From Candidatus Latescibacterota bacterium (GTDB lineage Bacteria; Latescibacterota; UBA2968), in contig OZ240241.1 of assembly GCA_965198115.1 (NCBI GenBank), forward strand, positions 8,320,001 to 8,384,000: a stretch of 64,000 nt of DNA. The letters run 5' to 3'. Made by a program: the position numbers and the translations under genes. The notes under the pieces were generated by a model. The model was not told the DNA's origin, ran no database searches, and saw nothing but the letters and a program-made list of their open reading frames with translations. Positions 8,547-17,858 of this stretch are shown here, piece by piece (position 1 is the first letter of the stretch; every line of letters starts with the position of its first letter).

Positions 8547-10967
8547 GTGCTCCACAACTACCTCACATCCGCCCTTCGCAACCTCTGGAAACACAAGGGC
8601 TACTCTCTCATCAACATCCTCGGTCTCGCCGTGGCTGTGGCCTCCTGCCTGCTGCTGCTGTTCGTTGTCCAGGTAGAGACGTCCTACGATAACTTCCATC
8701 CCGACGTCGATCGGCTCTACAAGGTCGTTCGCACGACGCGGATGAGTAAGACCGAGCTTGAATACAAGTTCGGGACTTTGGGGCCACTAGGTCCTGCTCT
8801 CGAGGAGACTTTTCCAGAAGTGGAACGGGCCGTCCGTTTCATGCCCATTTGGGGGCTCATCCAGCACGATGAGAAGTCGTTCCAAGGCAGCATTTTTCTC
8901 ACCGATGCGGATGTGTTCGAGGCCTTTGGGTTCGAGATCGTCTTTGGCGATCCAGAAAAGGTTTTCGCGGAGCCTTTCGCCCTCTTCGTGACGGAGTCGA
9001 TGGCGAAACGATTTTTCGGGGATGAAGACCCGATCGGAAAGATCCTCAAGTTAGAGTATCAGAGCGAGGACTTCGTCGTACGTGGGGTGATCCGGGATCT
9101 TCGGAACACGCAGTTCTGGTTCGACGGGCTCATGGCGACGCTACCCAATGACAGGCCTGCCATCAGGCGTTGGGAGCATTGGCGCCCACTGTCCAACTCC
9201 CGTCCGGTCGAGACATACGTTCAACTCCGTAAGGGTACGGATCCGAAGGTCCTGGAAGGAAAACTCAGTCAGATTGTTGAAGCGAACATGGGGTCTAAAT
9301 GGGTCAAGCAGATCGGCCATCGTCTGATGCCGATGAAGGACGTTTGGCTGTACGCCCATCGGGAATACGGCATTGATTGGTACGGCGATATCGAACTGCT
9401 CTACGCGATCGGCGTGATCGCCTTATCGATTCTGGTGATCGCGTGCTTCAACTATATCAACCTTGCCACGGCGCGATCGCAGGGTCGTGCGCGCGAAGTC
9501 GGGCTTCGAAAGGTCGTCGGCGCGTACCGCCATCAGGTCACGGTCCAGTTCTTCGGAGAGTCGGTGATGGTCGTCTGTGTGGCGACCCTTCTCGGGATCG
9601 TGATAGCGAGACTGTTCCTTCCGACATTCAACCTCCTGATCGGTAAGAACGTCCCGTTCGGCATGCTGAATCCCACGGCCGTGACCGGGCTTTTGGCGGT
9701 AGTGGGCGTCGTTGCGCTCCTGAGTGGTCTTTACCCGTCGCTCGTCCTGTCTTCGTTTGAGCCGACGGATGTGCTCAAGGGGTCCGTGTCCAGAACACGC
9801 AGGGGGATCTGGTTGCGGCGTGCCCTCGTGATCGTGCAGTTCGGGATCTCCGTGGCATTGGGCGTCGGTATTCTGGTGATGGACAGGCAGATGGCGTTGA
9901 TCCAGACCAAAGATCTCGGGTTCACCCGTACGAACATCCTCGGGATCTTTCAACCTCTGGAGAACCTGCTTGACGAAGAGATGCCGGCCAGGCGCGAAGA
10001 GCTGAGGAAGGTCTTCGGAAACCATCCATCGATCCTGGCCTCGGGCCGCTCCAGGAGATTTCCCGGGATGCGGAACGATTCGAACGTCATCTGGATTCCC
10101 GAGGGACCGGACCAGACGAAGATTCGTCTTCCGATGATGGGGATCGACGAGGGCTTTCTCGAGACCTACCAGATTCCGGTGGTCGCCGGCAGGGGGTTCT
10201 CCGAGGAGATTGCGACCGATGCGATAACGGCATTCATTCTCACCGAGGCTGCAGTCAGGCGGTTCGGCTGGGACAATCAGAGCGCGATCGGGAAGACGAT
10301 CGCGTGTCCTGTTAGAGAAAAACAGGATGGGAGGCCACTGGGGCGCGTGATCGGTGTGGTGAAGGACTTCCATCTGAATCCGCTTCATCGCCAGATGCAA
10401 CCCATCGTCATTTTCAAGTGGAACTGGAATATGGACAGTTTCTCCGTCCGCTACCGCGAAGGAGAACGTGACGCCGCCATCGAGCACATCGAGGATGTCT
10501 GGAAACGATACGAGAAATCGGAGCCACCTCGGTACCAGGACCTGGATGTGATGCTCGAAAGAGCCTACGAGCCGGACCGGCAGTTGATCAAGACGTCCCG
10601 CGTGTTCGGCACGATCGCGTTGGTTGTCGCCTGCATGGGACTGATGGGCCTGACGGCGTTCACGACACACCAGCGTATGAAGGAGATCGGGGTAAGAAAG
10701 GTCCTTGGCGGATCGACGCGCAGTCTGATCAGACTGCTGACGAAGGAAGTCGCCCTGCTAGTCGTTCTCGCCAACGTGGTCGCCGCACCCTTCGGTTACT
10801 GGGTGGCGACAAACTGGCTGGATAGCTTTCAGTATCGCGTGGAGATCGGCTTCCCGAGCTTTCTCTACGTCGCGTCGATTTCACTCCTGATCGCCATCGT
10901 CACCGTCAGCTACCAGACGCTGAGCGCCGTCCGCACGAACCCCGTCGAGGTCCTCAGAGACGAGTGA
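8547..10967 (+). CDS. Duplicated MacB/FtsX-family ABC permease, paralog 1 (intact)
   Basis: 806 aa; YSLINILGLAVA, ACFNYINLATAR...REVGLRKVVGA, IVQFGIS, GVVKDFH, KEIGVRKVLG, NPVEVLRDE. Confidence 0.95.
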   Translation: MLHNYLTSALRNLWKHKGYSLINILGLAVAVASCLLLLFVVQVETSYDNFHPDVDRLYKVVRTTRMSKTELEYKFGTLGPLGPALEETFPEVERAVRFMPIWGLIQHDEKSFQGSIFLTDADVFEAFGFEIVFGDPEKVFAEPFALFVTESMAKRFFGDEDPIGKILKLEYQSEDFVVRGVIRDLRNTQFWFDGLMATLPNDRPAIRRWEHWRPLSNSRPVETYVQLRKGTDPKVLEGKLSQIVEANMGSKWVKQIGHRLMPMKDVWLYAHREYGIDWYGDIELLYAIGVIALSILVIACFNYINLATARSQGRAREVGLRKVVGAYRHQVTVQFFGESVMVVCVATLLGIVIARLFLPTFNLLIGKNVPFGMLNPTAVTGLLAVVGVVALLSGLYPSLVLSSFEPTDVLKGSVSRTRRGIWLRRALVIVQFGISVALGVGILVMDRQMALIQTKDLGFTRTNILGIFQPLENLLDEEMPARREELRKVFGNHPSILASGRSRRFPGMRNDSNVIWIPEGPDQTKIRLPMMGIDEGFLETYQIPVVAGRGFSEEIATDAITAFILTEAAVRRFGWDNQSAIGKTIACPVREKQDGRPLGRVIGVVKDFHLNPLHRQMQPIVIFKWNWNMDSFSVRYREGERDAAIEHIEDVWKRYEKSEPPRYQDLDVMLERAYEPDRQLIKTSRVFGTIALVVACMGLMGLTAFTTHQRMKEIGVRKVLGGSTRSLIRLLTKEVALLVVLANVVAAPFGYWVATNWLDSFQYRVEIGFPSFLYVASISLLIAIVTVSYQTLSAVRTNPVEVLRDE

Positions 10968-10970
10968 AGA

Positions 10971-11016
10971 CAGAACGGGGGAGCGGGAGACGGGGCGCGC
11001 GAGGCGTGGCGATGTT
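10971..11016 (+). repeat. G-rich octamer repeat downstream of permease 1
   Basis: CAGAACGGGGGAGCGGGAGACGGGG...GGCGTGGCGATGTT; related copies at 13712 and 17726. Confidence 0.6.
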
Positions 11017-11071
11017 TCTCCTGGCAGCGGACACTTTGGATGGTTGCTCATTTGCCTACAGACAGATCGGC

Positions 11072-11146
11072 GTCAGTTCGAGCGTAGTCGAGAACACGCC
11101 CATTGCGAATCGCGAATAGGGACTTCTCGACTCCGCTCGAAGTGAC
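11072..11146. repeat. Inverted REP doublet (REPIN-like)
   Basis: GTCAGTTCGAGCGTAGTCGAGAA ... TTCTCGACTCCGCTCGAAGTGAC; 23-bp arms with 2 mismatches, each arm itself palindromic. Confidence 0.8.
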
Positions 11147-11249
11147 CTTGCTGCGTCATTCTCATGTGCGGCTTACACAGTGCCTAGCGTTCAGGCTCGG
11201 TGCAGTACACTGACACATACCTCAGACTTCCGACGCCTTCTGGTATTTC

Positions 11250-11276
11250 CTGGCAACTGAACCTGACAACTGGCAA
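11250..11276 (+). repeat. Heptamer tandem repeat upstream of permease 2
   Basis: CTGGCAA CTGAAC CTGACAA CTGGCAA, 8 nt before ATG 11285. Confidence 0.75.
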
Positions 11277-11284
11277 CCCTCTAC

Positions 11285-13702
11285 ATGTTCCGTAACTACC
11301 TGACCTCCGCCCTCCGCAACCTTTGGAAGCACAAGGGCTACTCCTTCATCAACATCTTCGGCCTGTCCGTGGCCGTCGCGTCGTGCCTGCTCCTGCTGTT
11401 CGTCGTGCAGGTCGAGACCGCCTACGACGCGTTCCACCCTGACGTCGATCGGCTGCACCGGGTCATCCGCTCGACACGGATGAGCGAGACGGAAACGGAA
11501 TACACGTTCGGCACGATGGGGCCCCTTGGACCTGCGCTCGAGGCGACTTTTCCCGAGGTCGAACACGCCGTTCGTTTCTTTTCGCTCTGGGGCACGCTGG
11601 AGCACGGAGAGAAGGCGTTCCCGGGGGAGATCATGATCACGGATCCCGGCGTGTTCGAGGTCTTCGGTTTCGAGATCGTCTCGGGCGATCCGGAGATCGT
11701 GTTCGGCGAGCCGTATGGGCTGTTCGTGACGGAGGAAACGGCGAGCAAGTTCTTCGGCGACGAGGACCCGATCGGCAGAACGCTCAAGCTGAACTGGATG
11801 ACCGACGAGTTTGTCGTCCGGGGCGTGATGCGAGATCTTCGGAACACACAGCTGTCGTTCAGCGCACTGACGACGACCGTACCCAACGACGAGTTCATCA
11901 TCCGGCACATCGAGACCTGGCGACCGCTGTCAAACTCGCGATGGGTCGATACCTATGTGAAGTTGCGTGAGGGTGCTGATCCCGGTGAACTGGAGTCGAA
12001 GCTGGATCAGATCGTCGAAATCAACATGGGCGGCGAGTGGCTCGAGAAGATCGGCTACCGGCTGATGCCCATGAAGGAGGTCTGGCTTTGCACACCAGCG
12101 TTACGGAATCGATCGATACGGCGACATCGCCCTGCTCTATGCGATCGGCGCGATCGCCCTGTCGATTCTGGTGATCGCCTGCTTCAACTACATCAACCTG
12201 GCCACGGCACGCTCACAGAGCCGGGCACTCGAGGTCGGTCTCCGGAAAGTGGTCGGCGCCTACCGGAAGCAGGTCGCGGGGCAGTTCTTCGGGGAGTCTA
12301 CGGTCGTTGCTCTCGTGGCGACCGGTCTGGGGATCATGATGGCCAGGCTCTTCCTGCCGACGTTCAACGGTCTGATCGACAAGAACGTCCCGTTCGATCT
12401 CCTGAATCCAACGGTCGAGCTCGGGCTTCTGGCGGTGCTGGTCGCGGTCGCCCTCCTGAGCGGCCTCTATCCGGCCATCGTTTTGTCCGCGTTCGAGCCG
12501 AACGAGGTCCTGAAGGGAGCGATATCCAGAACGCGCAGGGGCATCTGGCTGCGGCGCTCGCTCGTGATCGCCCAGTTCGGAATCTCCGTCGCGCTCGGTG
12601 TCGGGATCCTGGTGATGGACCGGCAGATGGTGTTCGTTCAGACGAAGGACCTGGGTTTCGCCCGCGAGAACGTCATTGGAGTTTTCGGGCCGCTGCAGAA
12701 CCGTCCGGATCTCTATGGCAGAAGCCCGAGGACGGAGGCGCGAAGAGCGTTCGGGGATCATCCGTCGATCGTGTCTGCAGCGTGTTCGAGGCGGTTTCCG
12801 GGGTTGCGGAACGATTCGAACGTGATCTGGATCCCGGAGGGCCCCATTCGACGCGAGTTTCGCTTCCCAATGATGGCTATCGACGAGAAGTTCCTCGAGA
12901 CTTACGACATCCCGCTTCTGGCCGGTCGGGGTCTGGCGGAGGATCGGGAGACCGACGCGACGCACACCTACCTGCTGACGGAATCCGCGGCGAGGGCCTT
13001 CGGGTGGAACAGTCAGGACGCGATCGGCAAAGAACTCGAGTGCCCGATCTACGAGACGAAGGACAAACGGCCCCGCGGCCAGGTGATCGGTGTGGTGAAG
13101 GATTTTCACCTGAACCTGCTCCATCGCCAGATGCAGCCGATCGTGCTGTTCATGTCGGAGCGGTCGCTCTGGGCCTTCTCTGTTCGATATCGCGAGGGTC
13201 AGCGGGATGCCGCGGTCGCCCACATCGAGGAGGCGTGGAAACGCTACCAGAAGACGGAGCCGCCCCGCTACGAGGACCTGGATGTGATGCTCGAGCGGGA
13301 GTATGAGCCGGACCGCCAGCTGATCAAACCTCCCGTGTGTTCGGCATCATCGCGCTGGTCGTCGCCTGCATGGGGCTGATGGGCCTGACGGCGTTCACCA
13401 CCCACCAGCGGATGAAGGAAATCGGCGTACGAAAGGTTCTTGGCGGATCAACCCGCAGCCTGATGAGACTACTGACGAACGAAGTCGCTACGCTGGTCAT
13501 CCTGGCCAACGTCGCCGCCGCCCCCTTCGGCTACTTGGTTGCGATGAACTGGCTGGGGAGCTTCCAGTACCGCGTGGAGATCGGCGCGGCCAACTTCGCG
13601 ATCGTGGCCGTGTCCTCCCTTCTGATCGCCATCTTCACGGTCAGCTATCAGACGCTGTCCGCAGTCCGCGCGAATCCCGTTGACGTGTTGAGAGACGAAT
13701 AG
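11285..13702 (+). CDS. Duplicated MacB/FtsX ABC permease, paralog 2 (frameshifts near 12090 and 13330)
   Basis: ORF pieces starting at 11285, 12171 and 13337 join colinearly with paralog 1, ending NPVDVLRDE. Confidence 0.9.
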
Positions 13703-13711
13703 CGCCACAAG

Positions 13712-13859
13712 CAGAACGGGGGTGCGGGGGAGCGGGAGAGAATCCATCCCATTCGCGAATGACCTGTGGTTCTCGAAGAGATCGATCGTCTTACGTCGTA
13801 ACGTCGGTCATCGTCACTGGTCCTGATCCCCCGCTCTCCCCATCTCCCCTCTCCCGCTC
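13712..13859. repeat. Inverted G-rich/C-rich octamer arms around a short non-coding core
   Basis: Left GAACGGGGGTGCGGGGGAGCGGGAGAG; right CCCCCGCTCTCCCCATCTCCCCTCTCCCGCTC. Confidence 0.65.
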
Positions 13860-16208
13860 AGCCTGGCACCGACTCGGTCTGGTATCTTCCACTGGATCAG
13901 GACATTCAGCTATGCTCCGCAATTACATCACCTCCGCCCTCCGCAACCTTTGGAAGCACAAGGGCTACTCCTTCATCAACGTCCTCGGGCTGTCCGTGGC
14001 GGTGGCCTCCTGCCTGCTGCTCCTGTTCGTCGTTCAACTCGAGACGTCTTACGACGCCTTTCACCCCGATGTAGATCGTCTTTACAAAGTCATCCGCTCG
14101 ACGAAGATGAACAAGACCGAGTACGAATACACGGCGGGCACACTCGGCCCGCTGGGCCCGGCGCTCGAAGCGACGTTCCCGGAGGTGGAGCACGCCATCC
14201 GCTTCTTGCACTACTGGGGAATGCTTGAACACGAGGAGAAGTCGCTGGGGGGAAACATCTGCATCACCGATCCGCACGTGTTTGACGTTTTTGGGTTCGA
14301 GGTCATCTCGGGTGACCCCGGCGCGTTCTTCGATGAGCCCTTTGCCATCTTCGTGACGGAGACGACAGCGAAGCGGTTTTTCGGGGACGAGGACCCTCTC
14401 GGTAAGATCCTCACGATGGATTGGCTGAATGGTGACTACGTCGTTCGGGGCGTCATCAAGGATCTACCACCCTCGACAGTCTGGTTCGGTGCGCTGACTG
14501 CTACGCTTCCAAATAATTACTTCGCCGGAAGGCACTGGGAGCTCTGGGAGCCGCTGACCAACTCCCGTCCCGTCGAGACGTATGTCAAGCTGCGGGAAGG
14601 CGCCGATCCCGGGGCGCTCGAGCAGCAAGTCGAGTCAGATTGTTGAAGCCAACATGGGCGCTAAATGGGTGGATAAGATCGGCTATGTCTCACGCCGATC
14701 CGGGATGTCTGGCTCTACGCCCATCAGGAATTCGGGATCGATTGGTACGGCGACATCGCGTTTCTGTATGCGATCGCCGCCATCGCCGGGTCGATTCTGG
14801 TGATCGCGTGCTTCAACTACATCAACCTGGCCACCGCACGTTCGCAAAGCCGGGCGCAGGAGGTGGGTCTCCGTAAGGTCGTGGGAGCTTATCGACACCA
14901 GATCGCGCGCCAGTTCTTCGGGGAGGCAGCGGTGGTCGTGTGTGTGGCGACCGTTCTCGGGATCGTGATGGCGAAGCTGTTCCTGCCGACCTTCAACAGC
15001 CTGACGGACAAGAACGTGCCCTTCGACATCCTGAACCCGATGGCCGTCATCGGGCTTTTCGTGGTGGTCGGAATCGTCGCACTCATGAGCGGTATCTACC
15101 CGGCGATCGTCCTTTCTTCGTTCCAGCCCACGGAGGTGCTGAAAGGATCGTTGCACCGAACGAGAAGGGGTATCTGGTTACGACGAGCGCTGGTCATCGT
15201 TCAGTTTGGGATCTCTGTCGCTCTGGGTGTTGGGATCCTGGTGATGGACCGACAGATGGCGTTCATTCAGACCAAAGACCTGGGTTTCACGCGCAAGAAC
15301 ATCCTGGCCGTCGACCACCCCTTGGTAAACCGGCAAGACCTGGAACCCAGGCTCCAGGAGGTGAGGGAGGAATTCGGACGCCATCCTGCGATCCTGTCAT
15401 CCGCATTTTCGCGGCGGTTTCCAGGCAGGCGAAATGACTCGAACGTCATTTGGATCCCCGAGGGTCCGGTCCGAATCGAGTATCGCTTGCCTATGATGTC
15501 GATCGACGAGGGCTTCCTGGATACTTATCAGATCCCCTGGTAGAAATCTGTCGAATGACATCGCGACCGATTCGACATCTGCGTTCATCCTGACCGAGTC
15601 TGCCGCCAGGACCTTCGGCTGGGACAACGAGAGTGCGATCGGCAAAGAGCTCGAGTGCCCGGTTCGAGAGAAACAATCCAACAGGCCCAGGGGACGCGTC
15701 ATCGGGGTGGTGAAGGACTTCCACCTGAACCCACTCCACCGCCGGATGCAGCCCATTGTCCTGTTCCAATGGAACTGGGTTCTCCAGCACATCTCGTTGC
15801 GCTATCGGGAAGGTGCGCGAGACGAGGTCGCCGCGCACGTTGAGAGGGTCTGGAAGCGCTACGACAGCTCGCTCGAGCCCGAGTACTACGATTTGGACGA
15901 AATCCTGGGATGGGATTACACCAAGGACAATCAACTGATCAAGACGTCCCGCGTGTTCGGTTTGATCGCATTGGCCATTGCCTGCATGGGGCTGATGGGC
16001 CTGACGGCATTCACGACGCAGCAGAGGTTGAAGGAGATCGGTGTACGAAAAGTCCTTGGGGGAGAAGCGCCGGGACTGGTCGGGCTGCTGACGAGGGAGA
16101 TCGGTTCTCTGGTGATATTGGCGAACGTCTTTGCCGCCCCTGCCGGACTCTGGCAGACAGATGGCTGGAGAGCTTCCAATATCGTGTCGAGATCGGCGCA
16201 ACGAGCTT

Positions 16209-17582
16209 GAGTTCAGGTCAATAGGTGTGTAAAAGAAATCAGGCGGCCATCTTCCCGGCTTCGACCTGCGGTCCGGTTGAGTGTTTCTGATCGTAGACTT
16301 GTTGTAGCAAGTGTGGCGCGGTGAGTTTCCTGAATCGGCTCTCTGCGACCTTGAGCGTACGCCAGATGAGAGTCGTGGCGTTCCTGACTTTCTTGAATCG
16401 CCTGGCGGCGTTTGTGCGAAGCCGAACGGAAGCAAAGGGGCTCTCGACGACGTTCGTGGTTCTCAGGTGTTTCCAGTGTTCCTTCGGGAAGTCGTAGAAC
16501 GTGACCATCCGATCCCAGTTTCTTTCGAGCGTCTCCACGGCGGCAGGGAACTGTGAGCGATACCGTGCGGCAAAGCGTTTCCGGAGCTTCTCGGCCTCCT
16601 TTTTCGTGCCGGCATAGGGGATCTGGACGAGCAGTGCGCGGGCTTCAGCCTGTGCACGCTTGGCGACCTTGTCGAGCACGTTGAGGATCTTGTGGTTCCA
16701 GCACCGTTGTTGCCGGCTCTCTGGCCAGACCTGATCAACGGCCGCCCAGATGCCCATATTCCCGTCCGCGGCGATCAGGACAGGATGTTCGAGCCCGCGA
16801 TCCCGGAGATCCCGGAGCACCGTGAGCCAGGATTCTGTAGACTCTCGATAACCGGGTTCTATCGCCAGGATCTCCTTGCTGCCGTCGCTCATCGCGCCGA
16901 TCACGACCAGCAGACACGCCTTCTCGCGCTCGAGCCCGGCTTTGACGTAGATGCCATCAGCCCAGGCGTAGACCAGTTCGCGATTATCCAGACGCCTTTC
17001 TTTCCAGTCCTGGAAGTCGACCTCCCACTTCCCTCGAAGACGAGCGATCGAGGTCGGCGAAAGCGGCGCGCCATCACCGAGCAGCGCACGCAAAGACAAC
17101 TCGAAGTCGCCCTGGGAGAGACCGTGGAGATAAAGGTCGGGAAGCAGATCTCCAATGGCCCTGGTTCTCCGGGCGAACAGGGGGAGGATGCGGCTTTCAA
17201 ACCGCTCTTCCAGACCACGAACCCGGGGACGCCGGACCTTGATCGTTCCGCAGCTCGTCGAGAGACGCCGGGGCTTGCCGTAGCCGTTCCTGTAGCCCGT
17301 GGAGCTATCGACCTCGGCTCGGCGCTCATACCACGACCGGCCCAAGAACGCGGTCGCCTCCTCCTCCAGAATGGACTGGAACCGGCCCTGGATCTCTTCA
17401 CGGATCCAATCGTCAACCGTCTCCCACGTCGGCATGGACTTCAATGGGGCTCTATGCGTATGTTCCTTCACGGCGATCCTCCTTCCCAACCGGGCCTCTC
17501 ACCCGGTTTTGTGTGAATCAACTATCTCACGGGAAGGGTAGGGTCGCCCTTTCTCTTTTTCCACACCTTTTGATTATAGCTC
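16209..17582 (-). mobile_element. IS256-family element, copy A (1374 bp)
   Basis: Imperfect IRs GAGTTCAGGTCAATAGGTGTG / CACACCTTTTGATTATAGCTC; 8-bp TSD ACGAGCTT (16201-16208, 17583-17590). Confidence 0.96.
16239..17489 (-). CDS. IS256-family (Mutator-like DDE) transposase
   Basis: 416 aa; YRNGYGKPR, WADGIY, AADG, QRCWNHK, LRTTNVVES. Confidence 0.96.
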   Translation of the reverse strand: MGRRIAVKEHTHRAPLKSMPTWETVDDWIREEIQGRFQSILEEEATAFLGRSWYERRAEVDSSTGYRNGYGKPRRLSTSCGTIKVRRPRVRGLEERFESRILPLFARRTRAIGDLLPDLYLHGLSQGDFELSLRALLGDGAPLSPTSIARLRGKWEVDFQDWKERRLDNRELVYAWADGIYVKAGLEREKACLLVVIGAMSDGSKEILAIEPGYRESTESWLTVLRDLRDRGLEHPVLIAADGNMGIWAAVDQVWPESRQQRCWNHKILNVLDKVAKRAQAEARALLVQIPYAGTKKEAEKLRKRFAARYRSQFPAAVETLERNWDRMVTFYDFPKEHWKHLRTTNVVESPFASVRLRTNAARRFKKVRNATTLIWRTLKVAESRFRKLTAPHLLQQVYDQKHSTGPQVEAGKMAA

Positions 17583-17725
17583 ACGAGCTTCCTTCTCATC
17601 GCACTGTTCTCATTATCCATCGCGATCCTCACAGTCAGCTACAAGACGCTGAGTGCCGTTCGAGCGAACCCGGTGGAGGTGTTGAGGGATGAGTGATCCT
17701 CGACCCGGCACATCTGGATTCTACC

Positions 17726-17780
17726 GAACGGAGCGGGTGAACGGGGGACGGGAGACGGGGAGAGCGGGCGTGGCGATGTT
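17726..17780 (+). repeat. G-rich octamer repeat downstream of permease 3
   Basis: GAACGGAGCGGGTGAACGGGGGACGGGAGACGGGGAGAGCGGGCGTGGCGATGTT. Confidence 0.65.
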
Positions 17781-17842
17781 CTTTGCCGTGAGGCTTTCGT
17801 TTATCGGATCGGTGGCGGGTCGTCTTCATTCCTCCGGTTTCC

Positions 17843-17858
17843 CTGACAACTGACAACT
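17843..17858 (+). repeat. Heptamer repeat abutting the permease 4 start
   Basis: CTGACAA CTGACAA CT then ATG. Confidence 0.7.

Larger units (their letters stand above)
13912..17696 (+). pseudogene. Duplicated MacB/FtsX ABC permease, paralog 3, interrupted by IS256 before its last TM helix; several indels
   Basis: Starts MLRNYITSALRNLWKHKG; removing the IS and one TSD restores EIGATSFLLIALFSLSIAILTVSYKTLSAVRANPVEVLRDE* (stop 17696). Confidence 0.9.

Noticed and set aside
9423-10670. Long antisense ORFs (415 aa here; also 12213-13223, 40556-41737, 42186-43211, 53759-54826)
   Set aside because: Expected shadows of GC-rich coding strands, with no recognisable motifs
11285-13306. 673-aa ORF as a novel fusion with an Arg/Gly/Pro-rich tail
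   Set aside because: The tail is out-of-frame read-through after the indel near 12090; the same applies to the tail of the 566-aa ORF at 17859 and the middle of the 741-aa ORF at 31187
8282-17858. CRISPR array or integron attC sites in the spacer repeats
   Set aside because: No constant repeat with unique spacers, no cas genes or integrase, and no consistent RYYYAAC...GTTRRRY boundaries
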